From assembly GCA_049512315.1 (NCBI GenBank), contig JBEKXF010000003.1, positions 1-64,000 of the forward strand: DNA of 64,000 nucleotides. The letters run 5' to 3'. This stretch comes from Candidatus Aminicenantales bacterium (GTDB lineage Bacteria > Acidobacteriota > Aminicenantia > Aminicenantales > Saccharicenantaceae). Numbering within the stretch: position 1 is the stretch's first letter; every line of letters starts with the position of its first letter. The notes under the pieces are model-generated. The model saw nothing but the letters and a program-made list of their open reading frames with translations, searched no databases and had not been told where the DNA came from. This document shows positions 1 to 8,848 of the stretch, in pieces. The translations under genes and the position numbers were made by a program.

Positions 1-25
1 TCAACGTGATCAGTTCCTCTCGCAC
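1..25 (-). CDS. N-terminus (MREELITL...) of a probable transposase, partial
   Basis: GTG start at 25 about 10 nt after AGGAGGAGG. The 8 visible residues resemble the 'ITL/MS' N-termini of ISNCY/IS1202-type transposases. Too short to be certain. Confidence 0.5.
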
Positions 26-121
26 GGGGCCGGCCCTCCTCCTGTCCGGAGGAGTACCTTAGCCCAAAAAAGCGGAAATATTCACGTTGCCCAAAGCGGA
101 AATTATCACGTTGCCGCAACA
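1..121 (-). mobile_element. Left end of an insertion sequence (ISNCY/IS1202-like), truncated by the window edge
   Basis: The minus strand begins TGT at 121 (TGTTGCGGCAAC...). Two near-identical 23-bp subterminal direct repeats lie at 69-91 and 93-115 (AAAGCGGAAAtat/ttaTCACGTTGCC). They are followed by an AGGAGGAGG RBS and an ORF running off the window. Confidence 0.65.
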
Positions 122-225
122 TTGACCGTGAAGATGCCGACTCTTGGCCGGGAGGGTCGAGAAAAGACCTTTTTCGAGGTCATGCCCAGCGGGAATTCGC
201 CATTCGGACCTGGGGCGAATCGAAC

Positions 226-1557
226 TCAGGAGGCCGTTTTTTGGGGGATTTCGAGGCGCTGGCCCTCCCGCCGGTCGGCCCGCTTCAGCAACATGGCGAA
301 AACGAGCCCGATGACGCCCAGACTGGCGAACATGACCTGGCTCGCGACGTAGTTGCCAGTCTTGTCGCGCAGGAGGCCGTTGAGGAGCGGGAAAAGGCCC
401 AGCCCGATGTTCTGGATGGCGGTCATCAGCCCGAAGGCCGTCCCCACCCGCTCGGACCGGACGATGAGCGGCACCGACGGCCACATGGCGGCCGGAACGA
501 GGACGAAGGCGAACCCGAGGAGGATCATCGGGTAGACCGGGTAGATCATGGTCAGGCCCATGGCCAGGTGGCAGGGGATCATGAGGAGCGAGCCGGCGAT
601 CATGAAGGTCGCCCTCTTCCCCACCCGGTCCACGAGCCGCCCGGCGAACGGCGCCAGGATCATGGAGGCGAAGATGATGATGCTTGTGATGCCGCCGGCC
701 GTGCTGAAGATATGGAGGAAGTTGTTGAAGACCTGGGCCAGGAAGCTCCCGCTCGCCGTCGCGGTCAGGGCGATCCCCCACTTGGTGGCAAAGAAGTCCG
801 TCGCGAGGCTCTGGAAGGGGAAAATGGCCGCATAAAAAGTGAAGCAGAGAGCCGTCACGTACCAGAACGTGGGCTTGAACTCTTTGATGTCCTTGAAGAC
901 GATCTTGTCGCCGGTGCTCTCGTCGCGGAGGTTGAGGACTTTCTCGCCCCGCTTGTCCATGACGATGTAGCAGAGATTCCCGATGAGGGAGACGACGCAG
1001 GCGCCGACCGCGGCCAGCAGGGCGTTCCGGAAACTCCCAAAATATTTCGTGATGAGCTCGCCATTGTTGAAGGCGAAGAGCGAGCCGAGCCGGCTCATGG
1101 TCAGGGCCACTCCGAAGGAGAACGCCAACTCTTTTTTCTTGAACCAACGGGCCAGCATGGCGCTCTGGGCGACAACGAGGGGCTCGGCGCCGGCCCCGAA
1201 GATGAACCTCCCCAGGAACATCAAAGGAATGGTCCGGGCCTGCCAGACGATGGTGGCGCCGACGAAGACGAGGACGGAGAAGATGATCCCCGCCTTTCTC
1301 GTCCCAAGCCGGTCGATCAGCATCCCGGCAAAAAGCAGGACCAGGATGGCCGCGATGCTGTACATCGTATTGAAAGCGCCCACGGTCTTTCGCCCCGCAT
1401 GGAGCCCTTCAATCAAGGACGGCGCGATGGCACCGATAATGTCGTAGGCAAAGTAGCTTCCGAAAGTTAGAGAGGAGATGAATAAAAGGTTCGTGAACCG
1501 GAAGATCGGCTTGGAGGGATGGAAGAAGCCTACCGCCGGAGCGGTTTCGTTGGTCAT
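226..1557 (-). CDS. MFS transporter, MFSD1-like
   Basis: 443 aa, about 12 hydrophobic segments, MFS motif A (GMLIDRLGTRK; GRLVDRVGKR), plus FGSYFAYD and WFKKKELAFSFG segments. Confidence 0.85.
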   Translation of the reverse strand: MTNETAPAVGFFHPSKPIFRFTNLLFISSLTFGSYFAYDIIGAIAPSLIEGLHAGRKTVGAFNTMYSIAAILVLLFAGMLIDRLGTRKAGIIFSVLVFVGATIVWQARTIPLMFLGRFIFGAGAEPLVVAQSAMLARWFKKKELAFSFGVALTMSRLGSLFAFNNGELITKYFGSFRNALLAAVGACVVSLIGNLCYIVMDKRGEKVLNLRDESTGDKIVFKDIKEFKPTFWYVTALCFTFYAAIFPFQSLATDFFATKWGIALTATASGSFLAQVFNNFLHIFSTAGGITSIIIFASMILAPFAGRLVDRVGKRATFMIAGSLLMIPCHLAMGLTMIYPVYPMILLGFAFVLVPAAMWPSVPLIVRSERVGTAFGLMTAIQNIGLGLFPLLNGLLRDKTGNYVASQVMFASLGVIGLVFAMLLKRADRREGQRLEIPQKTAS

Positions 1558-1603
1558 GGTCGACTATCTTTTTCGGAGGCTGAGGGACGCGGGACGGGCG
1601 CGG

Positions 1604-2026
1604 TTACTTGCTCACCCGCTTCCCGGTGACCGTCGCCGTCATCCCGAGGTCGGCGTTGGCGATGGCGCCTTCGGCCGTATCGGCCCCGATCTTCAGCTGA
1701 GTTTTCCAGACCTTGACGACGCCGTCGGGAGGGCTGGGAACGTTGATTTCGTAGGCCAGGTTTTCGCCGTCGAATTCGATATTGCTGAGGGGCGAGTCCG
1801 TGAACATCCCGTTCGCCTCGCTGATCTTGCCGGCGAGCTTGCCCTCGGCCTCTTGCAGGACGAGGGTCAGGGTGATCGTCGTCTCGCCCGCGTCGATATC
1901 GAGGGTCCAGGTCCCCAGGACTTTAGCCCTGTCGGGCTTGGGGGCGGGGGTTTGCCGGGACAGAGCCAGGCCGAAACCGGCCAGCACGGCCAGCGCCAGG
2001 CCCAAGGTCACGATCGTTCTCTTCAT
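1604..2026 (-). CDS. Exported hypothetical protein
   Basis: ATG at 2026 after AGGAGG; signal peptide MKRTIVTLGLALAVLAGFGLA; beta-rich body with GTWTL. Confidence 0.75.
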   Translation of the reverse strand: MKRTIVTLGLALAVLAGFGLALSRQTPAPKPDRAKVLGTWTLDIDAGETTITLTLVLQEAEGKLAGKISEANGMFTDSPLSNIEFDGENLAYEINVPSPPDGVVKVWKTQLKIGADTAEGAIANADLGMTATVTGKRVSK

Positions 2027-2136
2027 GGTCACCTCCTCTCGGGCAATGTCATCGGTCCTACCCGGAAAAGAACTTATCTTGCGCCGCCCGCCGGAGATTT
2101 TCAAGGGATATTTTTCCCCGGGTGCTTCCCCGGGTC

Positions 2137-2173
2137 AAAAAAAAGGGGACGTTCCCTTCGTGGGACCGCCCCC
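2137..2173 (-). terminator. Rho-independent terminator
   Basis: Minus strand GGGGCGGTCCC-loop-GGGAACGTCCCC followed by a T8 tract, just downstream of the stop at 2193. Confidence 0.75.
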
Positions 2174-2192
2174 TCATTCTCTCTGGCAAAAA

Positions 2193-2930
2193 TCAGAACA
2201 GGCCGGCGAACTGGACGTCGGCGTGGAAGAGCTCTTTGGTCCGGGGCCGGACCTTCTTGTCCACGCTGTCCTTGATATTCAGGTAGAACCAGAACTTGTC
2301 GAAAAGCCTCAACTTTTTCAGGTAGTACCTGGAGAACTCGGAGAACTTGTCGGCGATGATCTTGCCGGCTTCCTTGCCCTTGTCGTCGGTCAGGACGATG
2401 TAGGTGACCGGAGTCTCCGCCCCGCCCTCTTTCACGGTCGCTTCCTGGAGCTTTCCGAAGACCTTGCCCTTGCCCTTGTTCTCCCATTCCTCGGGCTTGT
2501 TGACGCCGGTAATGGTCAGGACGGGGTAAAGCTCCCTGGCTTTGACGTCAAGGAAATCGCCCACGGCCAGGTCCTGGGTCCGGGTAAAGGCGTTCGTGTA
2601 GGCGCCCGAAGCGCCCTTCACGTCCACCGTGTCGGCCCGGAAGATCGAGGGCTTGTCGAGAAGGAGTTCGCCCTTGACCCGGATGTCCTTACCGACCAGG
2701 GTGGCTGCGTCAAAGCCCTGGAGGACGATGTCGAAACCCTGGGCCGTGGGGAGATAGAGATATTTCCCGAGGGCCGTCTTGACCGTGCCTTCGAACTCGT
2801 TGGACGGCTTTTGCGGCCGGGGGGCAGCCGGCGATTCCGCCGCTTTTTTCTGGCAGGCCGGCGTCCCGACGAGGACGAAAAGCAGGCCCAGGCCTAAAAG
2901 AAGAATCCCGGTTTTTTTCACGGAAGTCAT
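2193..2930 (-). CDS. Hypothetical lipoprotein
   Basis: ATG at 2930 after GGAGG; hydrophobic signal ending in a lipobox-like TPAC; GC3-rich codons. The longer ORF-track start overlaps the next gene and is rejected. Confidence 0.75.
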   Translation of the reverse strand: MTSVKKTGILLLGLGLLFVLVGTPACQKKAAESPAAPRPQKPSNEFEGTVKTALGKYLYLPTAQGFDIVLQGFDAATLVGKDIRVKGELLLDKPSIFRADTVDVKGASGAYTNAFTRTQDLAVGDFLDVKARELYPVLTITGVNKPEEWENKGKGKVFGKLQEATVKEGGAETPVTYIVLTDDKGKEAGKIIADKFSEFSRYYLKKLRLFDKFWFYLNIKDSVDKKVRPRTKELFHADVQFAGLF

Positions 2931-3151
2931 GACTCTTACCTCCATCCTTTCATCGATCGTCCGTTCCCTCAAGCAGGACAAACAGCTCTCTGGACGGCGG
3001 GAAGTGGCCTTCCCGGCAAGGACCATTTTATACCACTCCGCATCCGAAAAGTAAAGAGGAAAAAAACGCCCTTCCGGCATCGAATCAAGGTCGCGGACTC
3101 GGAGGGAGTCCGCTGATTTACTAAGAAACGATTCGAAAGAGCTTAATCGCT

Positions 3152-5437
3152 TTAGCCCTTCCTTCTGACGCTGCCGGAGTGGCCGGAGGAGGAGCGGGAA
3201 GAGGACGACGACGACCGGGAGGACGAGGACCGGCTCGATCTCGAAGAGGAAGGGGCGCTGTAGGACCGGCCCGAGGAACCGCCGGAGCGGGACGGGGAAG
3301 AATAAGAATAAGAGCTTCGCGACCGGGAAGGCGCCGAATAGGAGCTCCGGGATTGGGAGGGCGCGGAATAGCGCGGTGCGCTCGATCTCGAAGAGGAGGA
3401 AGTATTCGGGCGAGAATAAGAATAAGAACGAGGGTTGGAATAAGAGGGCGAACTCGACCGGGAGTAGGAATAAGAGCGCGAGTTGGAGGAGGAGGGAGAG
3501 CTTGGGCGGGAGTAGGAATAGGTGCGCGGGTTGTACCTCGGCGTGGACTGGGAAACCGTCGAACGGCCCGAAGACCCCGCCGACGGCCACGAGCCCCGGG
3601 AGCTGTTCTGGCTCAGCCGGGACGGGAAGGTCCGGGCCGAGAGCGCGGAGTCAGACCTGAGCGCCCTCGCGGACGATGATGAACGGGGGCTCCAGGAGGA
3701 TGCCGTCTCACGCGAGCTCGAGGGATAGTGTTTGACGGGTTCGCTCGATTGCGTCCTGGCCCCGGAAGATGATCCTTCCGTCTTCTGGCGCTGGACTCCC
3801 CTCGAGGATCCCTGTCCGGCGGCAGCGCCGGATGTATCACTCCGGGACGGGTAAACCCTGGACGAAGAATCGCCGGCTGAGGAGCCGGCGGACCGCGGCG
3901 ACCTCGAAATCCCCCCCGACCTGTCTTGAGAAGAGGACGGTTGCCGGGAAGAAACCGCGGACCTATCCCGGGAATAAACGCGGATGCCGCTTTCGGCGGG
4001 CGCGGCCCCGGCCGCCGCCGACCGCCCGGACAATGAACGGCCGGACACGGCTCCCCGTCTCTCGACGGAGGACGAAGCGCCGGCCCCTCTGTCCGAGGCA
4101 TTCGAGCGGCCGTATCTCAGCTGCGAAGAAGAGAGGGAGCTCCCGGGAGCGTAATTTTTTGCCTCGCCGCGGATGCCGGGCCGCCCGGAAAAGATCCGCT
4201 GGGCCTCAGGAGACTGGAGACTCGAGCGGCCGATCCCCGGCCGGAAGTTGGGCTGCTCGGCCCGGAGCGCAACTCTGTCGATGCGGTTGAGCTCTCCGCC
4301 CCTCAGAACGTGCCGGCCGAGGTCGCGCGACTGGAGCTGGTCCCGGTGAATGACGCTCATGGCCCGGTTGTTGCCGGGAAAATAATGGTCGCGGTAGCGA
4401 TCGTAATAGGCGTTATTGAAGATGACCCCGGGCCGGTTGTACCAGCTGAGCGGGCACCAGCCGATGTAATCGTTGTCCCACCACCAGTTGACCCAGGCGG
4501 GGCCCCAGTGATTCTGGGGGATCCAGTACCAGCCGAGGCCGAACCGCCATTGCCACCGGCCGTAATGATAGACCGACCAGCCCCAGGGTTCGGACGAAAT
4601 CCAGTTCCAGCCGATGTCCTGGTACCAGGACCAGCGGCCGTTCATATAAGGCCGCCAGTCGTCGTCGACGCCGTAGGGGGACCAGACGTTGCCGTAGGGC
4701 TCCTCGTAGGTCCAGCGGCCGTTCTGATCGAGCTCCTCTTCGTAGTCGCCGAGCTCGGAGGGCAGGTTCCGGGTAGTGCTCCGGCGGGCGAAGAGGGTGT
4801 CCCGGGATTCGTTCCACTGGTCGAATCCGTCGGACCGGGAAGAGTAATTGCCGGGGTCGCCGACGAGGCGGCCGTCCGAAGCGACGAGCGACTCCCTGCT
4901 ATGAACGACGACGGATCCTTCCTCTCCGGCGGCCTCGAGGCTGCCTTCGAGGACGATGATCTCGGTCTGCTTGTTGGCGCTCACGTTGAACCTGTAGAGG
5001 CCTTCCTCCAGGATGTACGTGGACGCGTCGGGGGTATGGACCTCGATCGCCTTGTCGCCGGCGAGCGCGCTGACCCGGAGGTAGGCGCTCCCTTCGAGGA
5101 CATGGACCGTGATCCGGTCATCCCCCTCGGCGGGCAGGAGGGCGAATTCCACCCTGGTGTTGTCGTCCAGCCGTAGGTAATTCCGGCGGCCGAAATGGAC
5201 TTCGGCCTGGCCAACCCCGGTCCCGAGCTTGTCTCCCCGGACCAGGGCCAGGTTCACCTCCGCCTTCTCCGTCCCGAGGTCAGAGGTCCTCTGGACGAAA
5301 ACGTCCCCGCTGACGTAGGTGAGGCGGGCGAAGCTCGGGGCATAATAGCCCTCCGACGGCGTGTCCGACTGGGCGCTCAGGCCGAGCGGAATGGAAACGA
5401 GGAAAGCGACCGCTAGAAGCAATGCTTTCTTCATCAT
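3152..5437 (-). CDS. Exported FecR-domain / DUF6600-type protein with a long Ser/Arg-rich tail
   Basis: Signal peptide; FecR-like N-domain (ARLTYVSGDV...GDKLGTG..AEVHFG); Trp-rich domain (WRPYMNGRWSW, PWGWSVYHYGRW, WGPAWVNW); low-complexity C-terminus; AAGGAG RBS. Confidence 0.8.
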   Translation of the reverse strand: MMKKALLLAVAFLVSIPLGLSAQSDTPSEGYYAPSFARLTYVSGDVFVQRTSDLGTEKAEVNLALVRGDKLGTGVGQAEVHFGRRNYLRLDDNTRVEFALLPAEGDDRITVHVLEGSAYLRVSALAGDKAIEVHTPDASTYILEEGLYRFNVSANKQTEIIVLEGSLEAAGEEGSVVVHSRESLVASDGRLVGDPGNYSSRSDGFDQWNESRDTLFARRSTTRNLPSELGDYEEELDQNGRWTYEEPYGNVWSPYGVDDDWRPYMNGRWSWYQDIGWNWISSEPWGWSVYHYGRWQWRFGLGWYWIPQNHWGPAWVNWWWDNDYIGWCPLSWYNRPGVIFNNAYYDRYRDHYFPGNNRAMSVIHRDQLQSRDLGRHVLRGGELNRIDRVALRAEQPNFRPGIGRSSLQSPEAQRIFSGRPGIRGEAKNYAPGSSLSSSQLRYGRSNASDRGAGASSSVERRGAVSGRSLSGRSAAAGAAPAESGIRVYSRDRSAVSSRQPSSSQDRSGGISRSPRSAGSSAGDSSSRVYPSRSDTSGAAAGQGSSRGVQRQKTEGSSSGARTQSSEPVKHYPSSSRETASSWSPRSSSSARALRSDSALSARTFPSRLSQNSSRGSWPSAGSSGRSTVSQSTPRYNPRTYSYSRPSSPSSSNSRSYSYSRSSSPSYSNPRSYSYSRPNTSSSSRSSAPRYSAPSQSRSSYSAPSRSRSSYSYSSPSRSGGSSGRSYSAPSSSRSSRSSSSRSSSSSSRSSSGHSGSVRRKG
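3290..3530 (-). repeat. Imperfect intragenic tandem repeats encoding RSYSYS/SRxSS/YSAPS units
   Basis: GAATAAGA/GAATAGG units recur on the + strand; the protein reads PRTYSYSRPSSPSSSNSRSYSYSRSSSPSYSNPRSYSYSRP. Confidence 0.7.
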
Positions 5438-5465
5438 CTTCTTTCTCCTTCCACGGACGTTTCAC

Positions 5466-5481
5466 TGCAACTAACGTGCCA
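5466..5481 (-). promoter_or_regulatory. Sigma54 (-24/-12) promoter
   Basis: Minus strand TGGCACGTTAGTTGCA is an exact match to TGGCACG-N4-TTGCW, about 29 nt upstream of the 5437 start. Confidence 0.85.
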
Positions 5482-5588
5482 TCCGTCACTCCCCTGGGAA
5501 GAAGGCGCTCCCGTCCCATAAAAAGGACAGTTCCAGGGGAGGGATGTCACTTTCCGGGGTTAAAATGGGGCCATAGAAGGCGGGCCAT

Positions 5589-5635
5589 AAAAGAATGGAG
5601 TCACTCCCCTTCCGAGGGGACTGACCCCATTCTTT
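5589..5635 (-). terminator. Long hairpin, terminator and/or REP-like palindrome
   Basis: 21-bp arms (5590-5610 / 5615-5635, 2 mismatches), 4-nt loop, T-tract on the minus strand, downstream of the stop at 5652. Confidence 0.7.
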
Positions 5636-5651
5636 CCTGTTCCGTCCTGAT

Positions 5652-6269
5652 TTACAGCTGCCGCCAGAAGAACGTCCGGTGCCAGAACCGGCCCGGCCGG
5701 CCCATCCGCCAGCCCCAGGCGCGCCGGGCGCCCATTCCCATGCCTCTCGGGCCCATGAACCTGCCCAGCCAAGGTCCGGCGAAGCCGTGACCGACCCCGC
5801 CCCCAAAACCCGGCCGACCGGCGAAAGCCCCGCGGTATTTCTTCATCTTTGCAAGCTGCTCGGGAGTGAAGATCTTCTCCCATTCGCCGAGGGTCCGGAC
5901 GGCCGTCTTTTGCCGGTCTGCCCGGAGCTTTGACATGCCGTCGATCAGGCCGTCGATCTTGGCCGCGTTGGCCTTGGAGTCCTTCATCAGGTCCCGCATC
6001 TCTCCCCGCATCTTGACCATCTGGTCCCTGAAGGCCTTGAGGTCCTTCATCCGCGCGTCCCTGAGCTCTTGGATCTGCTTCTCCTGTTCCGGGGTGATGT
6101 TGAAGAGGTCCTTGGCCATCTCCCTCAGGCGGGGCCTTTCCTGCGCCTGGGGTTTGTCCTGGGCCGCCTGCTGGCCGGAAGCTGCCGGAGACCACAGCGC
6201 CGCGACCAGGCAGGCCGCCGCAATGGCCGTGACGAGTCGCTTGTTTCCGGTTGTCTTCATCGTCGTCAT
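5652..6269 (-). CDS. Spy/CpxP-family periplasmic protein
   Basis: Signal peptide; LTxxQ-like motifs (NITPEQ, IFTPEQ); Met/Arg-rich helices; Gly/Arg-rich tail. Confidence 0.8.
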   Translation of the reverse strand: MTTMKTTGNKRLVTAIAAACLVAALWSPAASGQQAAQDKPQAQERPRLREMAKDLFNITPEQEKQIQELRDARMKDLKAFRDQMVKMRGEMRDLMKDSKANAAKIDGLIDGMSKLRADRQKTAVRTLGEWEKIFTPEQLAKMKKYRGAFAGRPGFGGGVGHGFAGPWLGRFMGPRGMGMGARRAWGWRMGRPGRFWHRTFFWRQL

Positions 6270-6333
6270 CCTTTCTTCATAACATAGACAATCGCCGGGC
6301 GGAAACCTTTGCGACGGGCCACCCCGGACTCTC

Positions 6334-7317
6334 CTAGTCTTCCCGGCGATGGCGCAGCCGGTCGAGCGTCACGGCCACGACGATGATGACCCCGATGATG
6401 ATCTCCTGGATGTAGTTCGGCCAGCCCATCATCGTGCAGCCGTTCCGGAGGAAGGCCATGATCAGGACGCCGATCATCGTTCCGAGGATGCTCCCCTCGC
6501 CGCCGCTCAGGCTGCCGCCGCCGATGACCACGGCCGCGATGATGTCGAGCTCGAGGCCCACGGCGACGGTGGGGTCGCCGACCGTGAGCCGGGAGAATTC
6601 CATGACCCCGCTCAGCCCGCAGAACAGGCCGGCGATCGCATAAATGAGGATCTTGGCCCGATTGGTCCGGATCCCGCATAGCCGGGCCGTCGACTCGTTC
6701 GAGCCGATGGCGAAGACGTGCCGGCCGAAGACCGTGTACCGGAGGACGACCGCCATGACGACAGCGAAGAGGATGACGATCCAGACGCCGGGCGCCATCA
6801 GGAGCCAGGACGGGCGGGGGCTCTTGGCCATCAGCTCGTTAACCCAAGTCATGGGCGCGTCGATTTTCTGGTTGCCGGCGATCCACTTGGCCATCCCCCG
6901 GGCGATGCCCATCGTGCCCAGGGTGACGATGAAGGGGACGAGGCGCAGGCGCGTGATCAGGGTCCCATTGAAGAGGCCGACGAGGCCGCCGGTGAGGACG
7001 CCCAGGACGAGGCCCGCGAGCGGCGGCGCCCCGGCGTTGATGGCGTAGGCCGCGATGACGCTCGAAAGGGCGATATTCGAGCCGGCCGAGAGGTCGATCC
7101 CGCCGCTGATGATGATCAGGGTCATGCCCAGCGCGCCCAGGGCCACGATGACGGACTGGGTGGCGACGCTCTTGAAATTCCCGATCCTCAGGAACCGGTC
7201 CCGGACCTCGGGCATCAGGGCGAAGATGGCGATGACCAAGATGAGCCCGATGAACGGGCCGAGGACGTTGAGGGCCTTCTGGAGGTTTCCTTTGTGTTGT
7301 CCGCTCATCCCGGCCAT
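6334..7317 (-). CDS. Sugar ABC transporter permease (RbsC-like)
   Basis: GGIDLS, PFIVTLG, GRHVFAIGSNESTARLCGI and ELDIIAAVVIGG motifs. Confidence 0.9.
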   Translation of the reverse strand: MAGMSGQHKGNLQKALNVLGPFIGLILVIAIFALMPEVRDRFLRIGNFKSVATQSVIVALGALGMTLIIISGGIDLSAGSNIALSSVIAAYAINAGAPPLAGLVLGVLTGGLVGLFNGTLITRLRLVPFIVTLGTMGIARGMAKWIAGNQKIDAPMTWVNELMAKSPRPSWLLMAPGVWIVILFAVVMAVVLRYTVFGRHVFAIGSNESTARLCGIRTNRAKILIYAIAGLFCGLSGVMEFSRLTVGDPTVAVGLELDIIAAVVIGGGSLSGGEGSILGTMIGVLIMAFLRNGCTMMGWPNYIQEIIIGVIIVVAVTLDRLRHRRED

Positions 7318-7333
7318 CCTTTGCTTGGTATTT

Positions 7334-8848
7334 TCATCCGCGAGGGGCCCGGCCCACGGTGGTCGCGGCCATCAGGCTTTGGGCATCCCACCGGGACGCG
7401 TCCCGGACGTCCACTAGGCCGCCCCGGTGGAAGACGGCGATCCGGTCGCACACGCCGAGGAGCTCGGGCAGGTAGGAGCTGACGAACAGGACGGCCTGGC
7501 CCTCCCGGGCGAGCTCGCCGATCCATTCGTAGATCTGGGCCTTGCTGACGACGTCGATGCCCCGGGTCGGCTCGTCGAGGAGGAGGACCTTGGCCCGTTG
7601 GTGAAGGAGCCGGGCCAGGGCGACTTTCTGCTGGTTCCCCCCGGACAGGCCGAGGACCCTCTGGGCCGGGCTCCGGGCCTTGATCTTCAGCCGGGCGATC
7701 CAGTCCCCCGCGGCCTGCTGCTGCCGCGCGACGCGGAGCAGGCCGAGGCGGAGGTAGGGCGAAAAATCGCTCAGGGTGACGTTGTCGGCGAGGGAGAGGG
7801 CCAGGGCCAGCCCCTCGCCCTGCCGGTCCTCGCTCAGGAGGCCGAAGCCCTGGCCGATCCGGACCCAGGGAGATCCCTTCGCGGTCTCGATCCCGGAGAC
7901 GACGAGGCAACCGCTTTCCATGGCGTCGAGGCCGAACATCGTCCTGAGCATCTCGGTCCGGCCCGAGCCGATGAGTCCGGCGACGCCCAGGATCTCGCCT
8001 TTCGCCAGGGCCAGGCTGACCGGTGAGGCCATCCTCGTCCCCTTCATATCCTTCAGGGCCACGGCGACGTCCCCTTTCTCGTGGGGGACGCGGGGGAACA
8101 TCTCGGTGAACTTCTGGCCGACCATAAGCTGGATGATCTCCTCGAGGCTCGTCCCTTTTATCATCCCCGAGCCGGCGTCCCGGCCGTCCCGGAGCACGGT
8201 GAACGAGTCCGCCACCTTCTGGACCTCTTCCAGGAAATGGCTGATGTAGATGACGCTGACGTCCTGGGTCTTGAGCCGGCGGATGATCTCGAAGAGCCGG
8301 AGGCTGTCCTCCTGGGACAGGGAGCTCGTGGGCTCGTCCATGACCAGGATCCGGGACTTGTTCAGGAGGGTCCGGGCGATCTCCACGACCTGCTTGGCCC
8401 CCACGCTCAGCTTCCTGACCTGGACGTCGGGGGAGATCTCGGGATGGTGGACGAATTCCAGGGCCTCCCGGACGCGGGCTTTCATGGCCCGGCGGTCGAG
8501 CCAGCCCAGGGAATGCACCTCCCGGCCGAGCATGATGTTCTCTTCGACGGTCAGGTGAGGGGCCAGGTTGAGCTCCTGGTAGATCATCGAGATCCCGCTC
8601 CGGAGCCCGTCCAGGGGGCCGGCCGGGGCGTAGGGCCGGTCCTCGATGAACATTCGGCCCGCGTCGGGCGCCACGGCGCCGCTCAGGATCTTCATCATGG
8701 TGCTCTTCCCGGCGCCGTTTTCGCCGAGCAGGGCGTGGACCTCCCCCCGTCTCAGCTCGAAGGTCACGTCGTCCAGGGCCCTCGTCGCGCCGTAGGTCTT
8801 GCCGACCCCGGCCATGCGGAGGACGGGTGGCGGGCTGGGGTTAGGCAT
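7334..8848 (-). CDS. Sugar ABC transporter ATP-binding protein (RbsA-like, two ABC domains)
   Basis: GENGAGKST, MDEPT, LSGGNQQK, DEPTRGID. Confidence 0.92.
   Translation of the reverse strand: MPNPSPPPVLRMAGVGKTYGATRALDDVTFELRRGEVHALLGENGAGKSTMMKILSGAVAPDAGRMFIEDRPYAPAGPLDGLRSGISMIYQELNLAPHLTVEENIMLGREVHSLGWLDRRAMKARVREALEFVHHPEISPDVQVRKLSVGAKQVVEIARTLLNKSRILVMDEPTSSLSQEDSLRLFEIIRRLKTQDVSVIYISHFLEEVQKVADSFTVLRDGRDAGSGMIKGTSLEEIIQLMVGQKFTEMFPRVPHEKGDVAVALKDMKGTRMASPVSLALAKGEILGVAGLIGSGRTEMLRTMFGLDAMESGCLVVSGIETAKGSPWVRIGQGFGLLSEDRQGEGLALALSLADNVTLSDFSPYLRLGLLRVARQQQAAGDWIARLKIKARSPAQRVLGLSGGNQQKVALARLLHQRAKVLLLDEPTRGIDVVSKAQIYEWIGELAREGQAVLFVSSYLPELLGVCDRIAVFHRGGLVDVRDASRWDAQSLMAATTVGRAPRG

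Noticed and set aside
122..165. dif/Xer-like target next to the IS end
   Set aside because: The flank does not resemble XerC/XerD arms.
3290..3530. CRISPR-like periodicity
   Set aside because: The repeats are imperfect, in-frame and intragenic, with no constant repeat/unique spacer pattern and no cas genes.
2931..3590. N-terminal extension of the 2193..3590 ORF
   Set aside because: It is an alternative frame of the Ser/Arg repeat tail of the upstream gene. The RBS and signal peptide point to ATG 2930.
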